Below are positions 9,252-19,306 of a DNA stretch of 64,000 nt, in pieces (positions within the stretch are counted from its first letter, which is position 1; every line of letters begins with the position of its first letter). Origin of the DNA: an uncultured virus (IMG/VR IMGVR_UViG_3300013131_000038) (lineage: Duplodnaviria > Heunggongvirae > Uroviricota > Caudoviricetes). Where the stretch lies: the IMG/VR virus record IMGVR_UViG_3300013131_000038, positions 1 through 64,000 of that record; one strand, 5' to 3'. The position numbers and the translations under genes are program-made. The notes below the pieces were generated by a model. It was given only the letters and a program-made list of their open reading frames with translations, did not search any database and was not told the origin of the DNA.

Positions 9252-9998
9252 ATGAAAGAACTCTATAGTTTCACCGTAAATCTCGAAAAAGAAGTCGAAA
9301 AGACCGAGACTAAAGAAGAGGACGGCAAGACGATCACCGTTACCCAAAAGGTAAAGGAAGAGGTTCCCGTGAAGCTAATCATCAAGCAGCCTTCGCGAAA
9401 GAATATCGAAGACGCCGATCTTCAGTATAGCATCGAGATGTCCTCGTGCATTAAGAAGGGTATTTTGACGCGAGGGATGTTAATGAAGAAATACGCCGAT
9501 ACGGGCGGCGTTCTTACCGAGAGTGACGCTCAAGAGATGCTCAAGATCTACGGAACTATTGCGGGTTTAGAACAGGAGTATGTGAGTATGGTAGCGCGCA
9601 CTGAAAATCGCGACAAAGAAAATGAAACGCGCATTCTTGAGAAGATTATGGCAGGGAAGCAGCGGCTAATGCAACTAGAGTCGTCGTATTCGAATTTGAT
9701 TTCAAACACTGCCGATATGATTGCGGTCAATAATGTTATTCGCTGGTATTGTTTGACTCTTATTCACAAGCAAACTCTGCCAGACGGTCAGATCGAGCCA
9801 ATGTTCCCCGGTTATACTCTCGAAGATAAGATCGAGACGCTACACAAGCTCGATGAAGAAGAAGATCCGCTGTATAAAAAAACTTACAAGAAATTGGCTA
9901 GCTTTGTAGCTTTCTGGTATTATAGCAAGAATGCGACTCGCGAAGACTTTGACGCTTTAAACAAAGACATTGAAGAAGGACAATTCACTAGCGAGTAA
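9252..9998 (+). CDS. Putative tail assembly chaperone
   Basis: Acidic helical 248-aa ORF two genes before the tape measure gene. Positional inference. Confidence 0.45.
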   Translation: MKELYSFTVNLEKEVEKTETKEEDGKTITVTQKVKEEVPVKLIIKQPSRKNIEDADLQYSIEMSSCIKKGILTRGMLMKKYADTGGVLTESDAQEMLKIYGTIAGLEQEYVSMVARTENRDKENETRILEKIMAGKQRLMQLESSYSNLISNTADMIAVNNVIRWYCLTLIHKQTLPDGQIEPMFPGYTLEDKIETLHKLDEEEDPLYKKTYKKLASFVAFWYYSKNATREDFDALNKDIEEGQFTSE

Positions 9999-10962
9999 GC
10001 TTTTCCTACTGTTTTATGAAATATCGAAAGGTTTCGCAAAAAGAGATTTTTGCGGAAAAGATATTTACATCAAACATCTAGGAGTTAACGAAAAATCGTT
10101 TTTCGACTATCGTTATCAAGAGTTTTTAAAGCACGCTAAAGATGCTGGAATTCCGACTGAAGAAGAGGCTCTGAAAAAAGCCAGTGAAGAAGGTTTTTGG
10201 ACAGACTCTGACGAGAAGGAAATCGAGACGACAAAAAGCTATATTGATCGCCTCATAGGTACGAGAAAAAGTCTTTTTCGGCAACTTGAGATTAAAGAGA
10301 TCAACGAGCAAATAACTGCCGAAAGAGAGAAGTTACACAAAAAAATTCAACAGCGGCGCGAAGTCCTCGGTAAGACCGCTGAAGAATATGCGAGCAACAG
10401 GTCAAATGACTATATCATTTACCAAAGCTTGTACAAAGACGAGAGTTTAAAAGAGCGTCTATTTTCGAAAGAAGATTTCGAGGAAATCACTTACGAAGAC
10501 CTTATTCGTTATATTTTGTTTTATAACGAGTATATGACCGAGATCGAAGACCTGAATTTACAGAAGATCGTTTTGGCCGACTTCTTTCAGGTCTACTTCT
10601 TAGTTTTGGAGCAACCGATTCAATTCTTCGGTAAGCCGATGATCGAACTGAGCGACTTACAAGTTCGATTAATCGTTTACGGCAAGATCTTTAAGAACAT
10701 ATTCGAGACAACACAGAACATTCCAGACAACATTCGTCAAGATCCAGAGGCGTTGTTGCAATACGTCGATAAGACAAAGGCCAAAGAGCGTTTCGACTCG
10801 AAGAAAAAGACTAATGAAAATGCTAGCGCCGAGATGGTATTCGGCGCAACAAAGGAAGAATTGCCACAAGGAGCCGAAAAAGGCAAATCGCTCAATAAAA
10901 TCATGCGCGAGAAGAAGGTTATGAATATGGAGGAGCTAATGAAATTACATGGTGAGGAGTAA
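9970..10962 (+). CDS. Putative tail assembly chaperone (second part)
   Basis: 330-aa helical ORF immediately before the tape measure gene. TTG start overlapping the previous gene by 29 nt. Confidence 0.45.
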   Translation: MKKDNSLASKLFLLFYEISKGFAKRDFCGKDIYIKHLGVNEKSFFDYRYQEFLKHAKDAGIPTEEEALKKASEEGFWTDSDEKEIETTKSYIDRLIGTRKSLFRQLEIKEINEQITAEREKLHKKIQQRREVLGKTAEEYASNRSNDYIIYQSLYKDESLKERLFSKEDFEEITYEDLIRYILFYNEYMTEIEDLNLQKIVLADFFQVYFLVLEQPIQFFGKPMIELSDLQVRLIVYGKIFKNIFETTQNIPDNIRQDPEALLQYVDKTKAKERFDSKKKTNENASAEMVFGATKEELPQGAEKGKSLNKIMREKKVMNMEELMKLHGEE

Positions 10963-10970
10963 CTTTTGGG

Positions 10971-10976
10971 TGTAAA
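10971..10976 (+). promoter_or_regulatory. TGTAAA motif upstream of the tape measure gene
   Basis: GGGTGTAAATAAC, 19 nt before ATG. Confidence 0.55.
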
Positions 10977-10995
10977 TAACTCAAAAGGTTAAAGA

Positions 10996-13900
10996 ATGGC
11001 AAAAGGAATCCAAGTACCCGTAACGCAGACTGGGCTAAGTCAGTCTATTAATCAAGCCGTTAAGAAAGTAGGGCCGATTAATGTACCGATTAACGTCAAT
11101 CCCAATGCGTTCAAGAACCTTTCACAGCCACTTGGTAGAATCACGGGTCTTGCCAGCGAGTTTGAAAAGTCAATTGCGGCGTCTAATGCGCGTGTTATCG
11201 CATTCGGCGCGTCAGTAGGTATCATCAATGGCTTTCAGAACGCCCTTTCTCAACTTGTAAAAACGGGCATTGAAGTTCAAAAAACTCTTGCCGATATTTC
11301 TGCTATCAGTGGGGCAACTGGCGTTGAGCTTTCTAAGCTCGCAGATGGTATTTTCGATGTTGCCAAAAATACGGGTCAGTCATTCAAAACGGCATCTGAA
11401 GCTGCACTAGAGTTTTCTCGCCAAGGTTTGGCGTTAGAAGAAACGATCAAGAGAACAAACGATGCGTTAACACTGAGCCGCTTTACTGGTTTAAGCGCAG
11501 CCGATTCGGTAGATACTCTAACTGCCGCATTTAACTCGTTCCAAGAGTCTGGAGTCACTACGGCAGAAATTCTGAATAAGTTAGTCGCAGTTGACTCGGC
11601 TTATGCAGTTTCTGCTGCTGACCTTGCAAAAGCTATTTCTCGCGTAGGTTCAGTAGGTATCGAGGCTGGCGTTTCGCTAGATGAACTTAATGCTGCGGTA
11701 ACGGCAGTTCAGCAGAGAACTGCGCGTGGTGGTGCAGTTATTGGTAACGCATTCAAGACGATTTTTACAAACCTTAGATCCGAGAATGCGATCAAGGCTT
11801 TGCGCGATATTGGAGTAGAGTCTCTTGACCTTCAGGGAAATTTAAAGCCTTCGCTACAAGTTATTAAAGAACTTGCGGTCGCCGTGCAAGGTTTAGGAGA
11901 GGGTGAACGTGTTCAGATTTTAGAAACGATCGCTAGTAAGTACAACATTAACATTTTGTCTGCACTTATTGGCGATTTGACGGATAAGCAGAGTGCATTT
12001 ACTGGAGCGCTGGAAAAGAGCGCCAATGCAGCGTCAGAAGCTTACGATAGACAAAAGCAGTTAAACGAAACTTTGGCGGCGGCGATTAACAATACGACCG
12101 TTTCCGTAACGCAACTTTTCAACAAGCTCTCAGAAATTGGAGTAAACGAAAATCTAACTGCGCTGCTGAAGTTTGTAAACGATTTACTATCTGGTTTCAA
12201 TAAGCTGCTCGACTCTGAAAGCGTCGGCGGAAACATTGCGAAGGGTTTGATCAAGGGCATCAGCGATGTATTTTTCACCGTTGGTCTTCCAATCATTGCG
12301 GCCATCTTCGTAAAACTGACTCGCGATATTGCTCAGTTCGGTATCGAGTCTTTAAAAACTATTCTCGGAATCAATCAACAGGTGCGCGAGCGTCAGGCTC
12401 TTGAACAAGCCGTAGTAAATACGCTAATTAAAGATCAGCAAGTAATGGCTACGATTCTTGCTCTGAGTGGAGACAGGGCAAAGCAAGAGCAGTATTTACT
12501 TAATGTTTACAATCAGCAGATTGCCGCACTACAAAAGGTTCAGAGCATCGCACAATCTGTTGCTCCTGCTCTTCAAGGCGCTGGACTTAGCGCGACATCT
12601 GGTCAAGTTCGCAGACGCGCAGCTGGTGGTTATCTGCCAAGTCAAGAAGCCTCCGATGTTCGTCGCGGTGTTGGCGGCGCAAGTCCATCCTCAAAAGTAG
12701 TTTCGATTCCAAATTTCGCATTTGGCGGCGGTAAGCACGGGACAATGATCGCCAATACGAGCGAGTATATTGTTCCTAATTTTGCGAACGGTGGGTCGGC
12801 AATCTTTAATCCTGATATGGTTAAGGCTTATGGATTGCCAGCGGGAGCCAAGAAGATCAATGCGTCTGGCGGCTATGTCCCGAATTTTGCTAGATATGTT
12901 TATGATGCTGACCGTATCGTAGCAGATAAAAATGCCTTATTAAAGGCAATTTTAGCTTCTAGAGCGAAAAAGAATTTGATTGTCGGACCAGCCGGAGCCG
13001 GTAAAAGTACTTATGGCGGAGGGCTTGGATCGTTCATAACGAACGTTGCTCAACTAGGCGATGCTACTGAAATTGATATTTTATCTAGCGCGGGCAGAAC
13101 AAAGGAGGGGGGATTTTCGAAAAATTTCCAAGAACTTGTAAACGCCGTAAACGTTTCTGGAGGCAAAGTTTCTTATCTATATGCTAGTAATATGGATATC
13201 CTTTCTCGCCGCTATGGAAGAACAGAAAATGCTATTCAAGAAGGAGATTTGAGAAGTAAAAAGCAAATTGTAGGCACAATTTATGCGCCATTAAATCAAT
13301 TTGACTTTATTTCAAAGATGAAAGGAAGTTCTAAAAACTTCCAGATGACTCGCGGATCTGGCGGCTTTATTCCAAATTTTGTAAATGAGCTACCCGGTAA
13401 AACGCCTGCATATAGTCAGCCAAAAACTAAACCAAAAGGTTCTAATTTAGATTCAGTTACAGTAGACGCAAGATGGTCGGGAGGAGCAGTTATGCTTTTG
13501 CCGTCCAGCAAGCAAAGACAGAAATTTTTAAAGCAAGGATACAGTACAGCGCCAAGTGCAAACGTAAGCAAAAAGGAAGTTCTACCTGATGGGAGAAGAA
13601 TTTCGGGTGTTCTTTTTGATGCTTTCGCTGTAATACCAAGTGAATTAAAAAGTAGAAGTGGACAAGAAATTGCAAATATTGAAGAACGAGTTAAAAAGGT
13701 TGTTTATCAAACTGGATCTGAAATAATAGCAGATTTTGATCCACTACAAAGACCGCAAGTAGGAGCAGATGAGTTTGCAAGAGTATATGATAAAAAAGGT
13801 GGTGCCGCTGGTGCCGCATCCGCAGTTGCTGGATCGATTTTTGAAGCTGCCGTTGACTATGCATTAAATCCACAAAAAGCAACGAATGTACAAAGTACGC

Positions 13901-16900
13901 TCGATGTTCCTAGGTTATCACCAGAATTAATTAAAGCCTTTGGAATTACCACTCCTTATGGAACATCGTCTGGAGGCGATTATAAAATTAGTGCCGAGAG
14001 AGCACAAGCGTTTGCAGACCAAATTATTAGAAATAAAGTGTATCAGCCGCCAGCTCCAAAAGCTGCTGCGTCTACTGGTTACGTTCCAAATTTTGCGAAA
14101 CAATCGGCGCTTTCTGATGCTATCGGACGTGAAATTGGCGCTGGAGTTAATCCAAGCCAAATCCGAGTCACGCAAGACGGAAGACTCAGAAACTCGCAAA
14201 ATCCAAATGGCCTTGCAGTAATCAACACAAGAGACGAGCCAAACGGAAAAGTTCCAAACTTTGCCAGAGAAAGATATGCCGCTGGAGAAATTGTAAATGG
14301 GAAAAAGGTTGGTGGACAGTTTAAACCAGCATCGGCAGCTTCTGGTCGGACCGCGAGTGCAACTACGCCACTAACAGATCAAACTGCAAAATTGTTTTTG
14401 GCATTTTCTGGACTAACTCTTGTTTCTTCGACTCTACAATCAACATTCAAAGATACTGAATCTAGTATAGCTAAATTCGCCACTGCAACATCTAATGTTG
14501 TTCAAACGCTTTCAAGTGGTGCGCTGCTTGGTAATTTAGTGCAGCAAACTGGATTGTCTGGTTTGGCTAAAAGAGGAGGTGTTCTTGGAAGTGTTGGACG
14601 TATAGCTGGAAATGCTGGAATAATTGGCGCAATCGGTGGCGCTGGTATAGGTATTTATCAAGAAATTCAGGCAGCAAGAGAAGCGGAACGTCAACGACCA
14701 ATTTTAGCTGGAGAAGAAGGAGCTGGTCGTAGAATCGCAGATATCGCCGCTCAAGAAACCAATCCTGAGTCAATCAGAGAACAGCTACTTAAAGATTTCC
14801 AAGCTGGACAAGCAGAATTTGAAAGAATTCAAGCTCAATTACAACAAGGAAGCGAAAGAGCTGCGGCGGCTCGGCTTAATGTCGCCGCTTTTGGAACTGG
14901 TGGAGAATTCGACCCACAGCTTCAAGAAAATGTAAAATTTTTAGAAGAAAGAAAAAAACTGGAAGAAGAGCTTAATACTTTACTGGGAGGTCAGCAAAAA
15001 TTTTTGCAACAAATTGGAGCAACGACAAATGATATAGAAAATGCTGCCAAGAGAAAAGAAAAATTAGAAAAAGAAGCGAATACCGAAGCTGAAAGACGCA
15101 TAAATCTAGAGCAGGCTTTTGAAAAAATTGCTTTATCTATTTTAAAGGGCGATAATGAACGTTTGAAAGCGCGTGCGCAAATTGCCGCGCAAGATATTAA
15201 AAATGCAGCCAATCTTAATAGTTTTCAAAAACAAGAATTAGAGTTTAATAGAAAAATTCAAGACTTTGAAGAAGAGTCAACGCAGAAGCAAAGAGACCTT
15301 TTAAATTTAACTGTTCAGCAGTTAATTAAGGGCGGAAGTTTAGCGAGCGTAACTGAAGAACAAGCGAATAGGCTCAAGCAGATACTTGAAAGTGGAACAG
15401 AAATTGCCGATAACTCGCAATTAATTGCAGATCTTGGAATTAAAAATGCAACTGTAGTTAATGAAGAAATTGAAAAAGTATCGAACAAAATAGCTTTGCA
15501 AAAGGAAGAGACTCGTGGGCTAATAGAGCGTTTTTCAATTACTCAAAGAGCCTCAATTGAGGCGTCTAAACAGTTAGGTTTTATTGAAGCTCAAACAAGA
15601 GCTTTAAATGCTCAAGCTGAAACTGCAAGGGAAATTGAAATAATAGAAGCTAAAAGAAGTCGCTTAAGATCGGGAAAGGCTCAAGAATTAAATATTGAAA
15701 ATATAAGATCAGGTATAGCGACAAGAGGCATAGCTTCTCCGACGCAAACTAGACAGCTTCTAGAAGCTGAAAAAAATCTTAATTTTGTAACTAAAAGAAA
15801 TAATGTAGAAGAAACTTATAGGCGCTCTCAAGAAGAAGGCTTTAACGCTTTAAGAAATGCATATATTGAACAAGTAAATGGTTCTGAATTCATATCTGAC
15901 GCAGAGCAAAAACGGGCGGAAAGTTTATTGCAATCAGCTAAAACAGCAGAAGATTTACAAAAGATTTATGCTGCATTTGACCCTAGTTTTTCTGGAATTG
16001 GGACAAACGAAAATCGAGCATTAGAATATCAATTGTCTTTATTTGAACAGTCAAAAGCTATATTAGAAGAAAGAAAAAAAATAATAGACGCTAATATAAG
16101 TTTATCGAAAGAGGAAAGAGACCTCGAAATTCAAAAGCTAAATATTGAAATTAAGCGCAGAGATCGCGTATTAGAAATTGCGAAAATCAGAGAAAGCTCT
16201 AGGCTAAAAGCTGGGGTTGCTACCGCGCTTGACGACTTAGAGGCTGAATCAGAAAACTTTTATGAAACACTCGGCAACAGAACTACAATAGCTTTTAGGG
16301 ATGGCTTAACAGACGCATTGAGTGCGGCTATTTCTCAAACTGACGATCTTGGTGATGCGCTGCAAAATGTTGCGCGTAATTTCTTGCAGACGATTCAGCA
16401 GGCATTTTTGCAACAAGCTTCGGGGCAAATTGTGCAGTTAATCGGAAAGAGCTTCAATTTTGCCAATGGTGGAATCGTAAAAAAATACGCTGGAGGCGGA
16501 AAGGTAGTTGGAGGAAGCGGCTATAAAGATGACGTTCCAGCGATGCTCACAAGCGGAGAGTTTGTGATGAGAAAGTCTGCCGTGCAGAAGTATGGCATGG
16601 AAAATCTTGAAAGAATGAACAACGGCGGGATCTTCCTGCCCGGTGTTCGTGGCGCTGGTGCAATCTCTGGCTACGGCGACATCACAAAGTTCGCAAAGCA
16701 GACAACTACTAGCGGCGCAACAGACGTTATGATGGGCGGCGCGTCTTCGGCATTCATTAACCTTGAAGATCAAAGCGCAAGGCTTTCTCGTTTTGGACTT
16801 CTAAACGAAGATACGATTAATCAAGAAATTAGAGCGGCACAAGAACAGGGCTTAAATCTTATTAGAGAAAGAGAAGCTTATAGAACGGCACAGAGAAAAG

Positions 16901-17571
16901 CGTTCCAGCAACAGCTGGTTAGCACTTTAGCTTCTGCCGCAATAAGCTTCGGAGTTGGAAAATTGACCGCTCCAAAGGTAACGGGCCTTCCCGCATCTTT
17001 ATCAAAAACAGGAACTCCATTTGCTGCAAACGCTGGCCCAGCATCATTTGGCAATGTCGCTTTATTAAAGGGCGCTCCAATTAAATTTAGTGGCGGAATT
17101 GGTTCATTTATGAATCCAGTTGGCGCAAAGCCAATTCCATTTCGTGCTTATGGTGGATTGATGCGCCGCTACGCTGCTGGAGGTCCAACTGACGACATTC
17201 CTGCTCTATTGATGGGCGGCGAATATGTCATGAGCCGTCAATCGACGCGCAAATACGGCAAGCAGTTCTTCGATGCGATGAACCAAGGTAGAGCGCCAAG
17301 ATTCGCAGAAGGCGGGGTGGTCGGTGGAGCTAACGGAACTGAACTTGGGGATAAGTTTGACAAGCTCTCTACCAAACTCGAAACGACCGCAGCTTCGAAC
17401 ATTAGCATCAACATTAATGTCACGAACGGCGGATCGTCAGAAACTCAAACTCAAGGCGACACGAATCGCGGCGGCATCGATTACAAGAAGATGGGCGATC
17501 AGATTCGCCAAGTTGTTATCCAAACGATCAACGAAGAAAAACGCCTCGGTGGTTCACTGAGAAGTAGATAA
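10996..17571 (+). CDS. Tail tape measure protein (TP901-like core) with internal inserted domains
   Basis: 2191 aa. N-terminal TMP core (EFSRQG...DLAKAISRVGS..G.SLDEL...G..IGNAFKTI), long coiled-coil, C-terminal FANGG/YAGGG..DDVPAML..GEFV motifs. Internal Walker A GPAGAGKST. Confidence 0.92.
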   Translation: MAKGIQVPVTQTGLSQSINQAVKKVGPINVPINVNPNAFKNLSQPLGRITGLASEFEKSIAASNARVIAFGASVGIINGFQNALSQLVKTGIEVQKTLADISAISGATGVELSKLADGIFDVAKNTGQSFKTASEAALEFSRQGLALEETIKRTNDALTLSRFTGLSAADSVDTLTAAFNSFQESGVTTAEILNKLVAVDSAYAVSAADLAKAISRVGSVGIEAGVSLDELNAAVTAVQQRTARGGAVIGNAFKTIFTNLRSENAIKALRDIGVESLDLQGNLKPSLQVIKELAVAVQGLGEGERVQILETIASKYNINILSALIGDLTDKQSAFTGALEKSANAASEAYDRQKQLNETLAAAINNTTVSVTQLFNKLSEIGVNENLTALLKFVNDLLSGFNKLLDSESVGGNIAKGLIKGISDVFFTVGLPIIAAIFVKLTRDIAQFGIESLKTILGINQQVRERQALEQAVVNTLIKDQQVMATILALSGDRAKQEQYLLNVYNQQIAALQKVQSIAQSVAPALQGAGLSATSGQVRRRAAGGYLPSQEASDVRRGVGGASPSSKVVSIPNFAFGGGKHGTMIANTSEYIVPNFANGGSAIFNPDMVKAYGLPAGAKKINASGGYVPNFARYVYDADRIVADKNALLKAILASRAKKNLIVGPAGAGKSTYGGGLGSFITNVAQLGDATEIDILSSAGRTKEGGFSKNFQELVNAVNVSGGKVSYLYASNMDILSRRYGRTENAIQEGDLRSKKQIVGTIYAPLNQFDFISKMKGSSKNFQMTRGSGGFIPNFVNELPGKTPAYSQPKTKPKGSNLDSVTVDARWSGGAVMLLPSSKQRQKFLKQGYSTAPSANVSKKEVLPDGRRISGVLFDAFAVIPSELKSRSGQEIANIEERVKKVVYQTGSEIIADFDPLQRPQVGADEFARVYDKKGGAAGAASAVAGSIFEAAVDYALNPQKATNVQSTLDVPRLSPELIKAFGITTPYGTSSGGDYKISAERAQAFADQIIRNKVYQPPAPKAAASTGYVPNFAKQSALSDAIGREIGAGVNPSQIRVTQDGRLRNSQNPNGLAVINTRDEPNGKVPNFARERYAAGEIVNGKKVGGQFKPASAASGRTASATTPLTDQTAKLFLAFSGLTLVSSTLQSTFKDTESSIAKFATATSNVVQTLSSGALLGNLVQQTGLSGLAKRGGVLGSVGRIAGNAGIIGAIGGAGIGIYQEIQAAREAERQRPILAGEEGAGRRIADIAAQETNPESIREQLLKDFQAGQAEFERIQAQLQQGSERAAAARLNVAAFGTGGEFDPQLQENVKFLEERKKLEEELNTLLGGQQKFLQQIGATTNDIENAAKRKEKLEKEANTEAERRINLEQAFEKIALSILKGDNERLKARAQIAAQDIKNAANLNSFQKQELEFNRKIQDFEEESTQKQRDLLNLTVQQLIKGGSLASVTEEQANRLKQILESGTEIADNSQLIADLGIKNATVVNEEIEKVSNKIALQKEETRGLIERFSITQRASIEASKQLGFIEAQTRALNAQAETAREIEIIEAKRSRLRSGKAQELNIENIRSGIATRGIASPTQTRQLLEAEKNLNFVTKRNNVEETYRRSQEEGFNALRNAYIEQVNGSEFISDAEQKRAESLLQSAKTAEDLQKIYAAFDPSFSGIGTNENRALEYQLSLFEQSKAILEERKKIIDANISLSKEERDLEIQKLNIEIKRRDRVLEIAKIRESSRLKAGVATALDDLEAESENFYETLGNRTTIAFRDGLTDALSAAISQTDDLGDALQNVARNFLQTIQQAFLQQASGQIVQLIGKSFNFANGGIVKKYAGGGKVVGGSGYKDDVPAMLTSGEFVMRKSAVQKYGMENLERMNNGGIFLPGVRGAGAISGYGDITKFAKQTTTSGATDVMMGGASSAFINLEDQSARLSRFGLLNEDTINQEIRAAQEQGLNLIREREAYRTAQRKAFQQQLVSTLASAAISFGVGKLTAPKVTGLPASLSKTGTPFAANAGPASFGNVALLKGAPIKFSGGIGSFMNPVGAKPIPFRAYGGLMRRYAAGGPTDDIPALLMGGEYVMSRQSTRKYGKQFFDAMNQGRAPRFAEGGVVGGANGTELGDKFDKLSTKLETTAASNISININVTNGGSSETQTQGDTNRGGIDYKKMGDQIRQVVIQTINEEKRLGGSLRSR

Positions 17572-18341
17572 TGAAATCATCGATCTCAAATTATGAAAAC
17601 AGTCTATATCTCAGTGGCCTCAAGATCTTTGGGGTCACAGATACAAACTTTGGCTACTCGCTTCCCGTTGAGCACATCAACGTAATCGGCAATTCAAAGT
17701 TCGCGACGTTCACGAACGGCGCACCACAGTCGTCACTCAGCGTTCAAAAATACCTTTCGAAAGACGACTTTTTGCTGAGAATGACTGGCGAAGGTCCGAT
17801 TAGCGGCGGCTTATTCTACAATAATAAGAATTTTTCCTTTCGTTCAGCTTATTTGAATTCTTATTCGGTATCGTGCGCAGTTGGCAACTTCCCGAATCTT
17901 AGCGCAGACTTTTCCGTATTTGGCGACATTGGTACAGGATTGGCCCAGTCAACGTCGGGTGAAACGGGCAAACTAAGCGTCATTAGACCCGCCGATATCC
18001 TCATCGAATGCGATGGTAGCGGGTCGAACCGAATCGAGGCGTTTACCTACTCTCTTGAGTGCGCCAGACAAGCTTTCTATCATCCAACGGGTTCGGCTCC
18101 GATGGACGTGGTGACTCAAAAGCCATTCCGAGTAACGGCGCAGTTCACGATTGCGATAGATGACTACGAATCGAAAAGACTTTTCGATTATGTTGTAGAT
18201 TCGAATAAAAGAAACGTTAGTATAACAGTAGGTTCGTTAGCTACGTTTACAATGGCAAATATGGAGCTTCTCAGCGAAACGGTCAACAGCACAGCAACGG
18301 ACGACCTTGTGCTGACGCTTAACTATCAAGGATTCATCTAA
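17571..18341 (+). CDS. Tail-tube-like paralog (tail tip/initiator)
   Basis: AYLNSYSVSCAVGNFP and IRPADILIE align with GFITNYSVEAAVGGLP and LRPGDITLE of 5827-6954. Confidence 0.6.
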   Translation: MKSSISNYENSLYLSGLKIFGVTDTNFGYSLPVEHINVIGNSKFATFTNGAPQSSLSVQKYLSKDDFLLRMTGEGPISGGLFYNNKNFSFRSAYLNSYSVSCAVGNFPNLSADFSVFGDIGTGLAQSTSGETGKLSVIRPADILIECDGSGSNRIEAFTYSLECARQAFYHPTGSAPMDVVTQKPFRVTAQFTIAIDDYESKRLFDYVVDSNKRNVSITVGSLATFTMANMELLSETVNSTATDDLVLTLNYQGFI

Positions 18342-19306
18342 TGTCATTCCTTTACGATAGAGACCAAAACGTAACTGGAACGATTCCGCCGTCGTTCACT
18401 TTCAAACCGTCTTACGGAACGACCGTTTCGTTCAACGCTGACCTTTCGCAGTACGAGACGACCGACAATTATATCTATACGATGCCAAAGGGCGCGAATC
18501 ATTTGCAACTAGAGTTTGCGATGAATTTCGACAACAGAAAAGAAGAAGAGGCGCGTCAGATCTTAGGTTTCTTCGAAAGCTTGAACGGCACTGGCTACTT
18601 TCAGTATACGGACCCAGCGGGCATCTACAAACCGATCAATTTGTTCACGAACGACTTTACAAATTCGTTCGACAAAAATGATTTGCACTCGATCACCGCA
18701 AATCTGAATTCGGACCAGTTTTCAAGTCTGCTCAACTGGAACAATCCTTTTTTAGCTCAAACCGCCAATGTTAAAGGGGACTGGGCTACTAGCACCTCTT
18801 ATCTCGAATACGACGTAGTGAGATACACGGGAAACGCAACATATCCAAGTAACACGGGCAACCTATACGACTCATTTTACTACTGCACTGGAGACCACAC
18901 TTCAGACGCGAGCTTCAGCGCGTCAAATATGAACAACGATAAGTGGACTCGCGACTTCTTCTTCCAGCCAACTTACTCGTCGCAAATCCAAAAAGAGACC
19001 GCAGTTGTAAAAACGCAGCTACCTTACTCGTACACGAAGCGCACAGACTTTGGCCTGCACTCGAACACGATAAAGTCTTTCAATCTAGAGTTCAAGGGAG
19101 TTTCGGATAAGGAAGCGCGATGCATCTTGCACTTCTTGATCTCGAAACAGGGTTTTCGCCGCTTTCAATACAAGTTCCCAAAGATCTACAATCAGAACAA
19201 ATACTTCTTCGCGACAACTTGGTCGCACACGATGGTTTACAAGGACGTTAACGATATTTCGATAACGATTCGCGAAGACCCGTTAGGCGTTAGGAAATCA
19301 TACTAA
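18341..19306 (+). CDS. Minor/distal tail protein with two lambda gpM-like units and a central carbohydrate-binding-like insert
   Basis: EARQILGFFESLNGTGYFQY and EARCILHFLISKQGFRRFQY, with insert GDWATSTSYLEYDVVRY...YYCTGDHTS. Confidence 0.65.
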   Translation: MSFLYDRDQNVTGTIPPSFTFKPSYGTTVSFNADLSQYETTDNYIYTMPKGANHLQLEFAMNFDNRKEEEARQILGFFESLNGTGYFQYTDPAGIYKPINLFTNDFTNSFDKNDLHSITANLNSDQFSSLLNWNNPFLAQTANVKGDWATSTSYLEYDVVRYTGNATYPSNTGNLYDSFYYCTGDHTSDASFSASNMNNDKWTRDFFFQPTYSSQIQKETAVVKTQLPYSYTKRTDFGLHSNTIKSFNLEFKGVSDKEARCILHFLISKQGFRRFQYKFPKIYNQNKYFFATTWSHTMVYKDVNDISITIREDPLGVRKSY

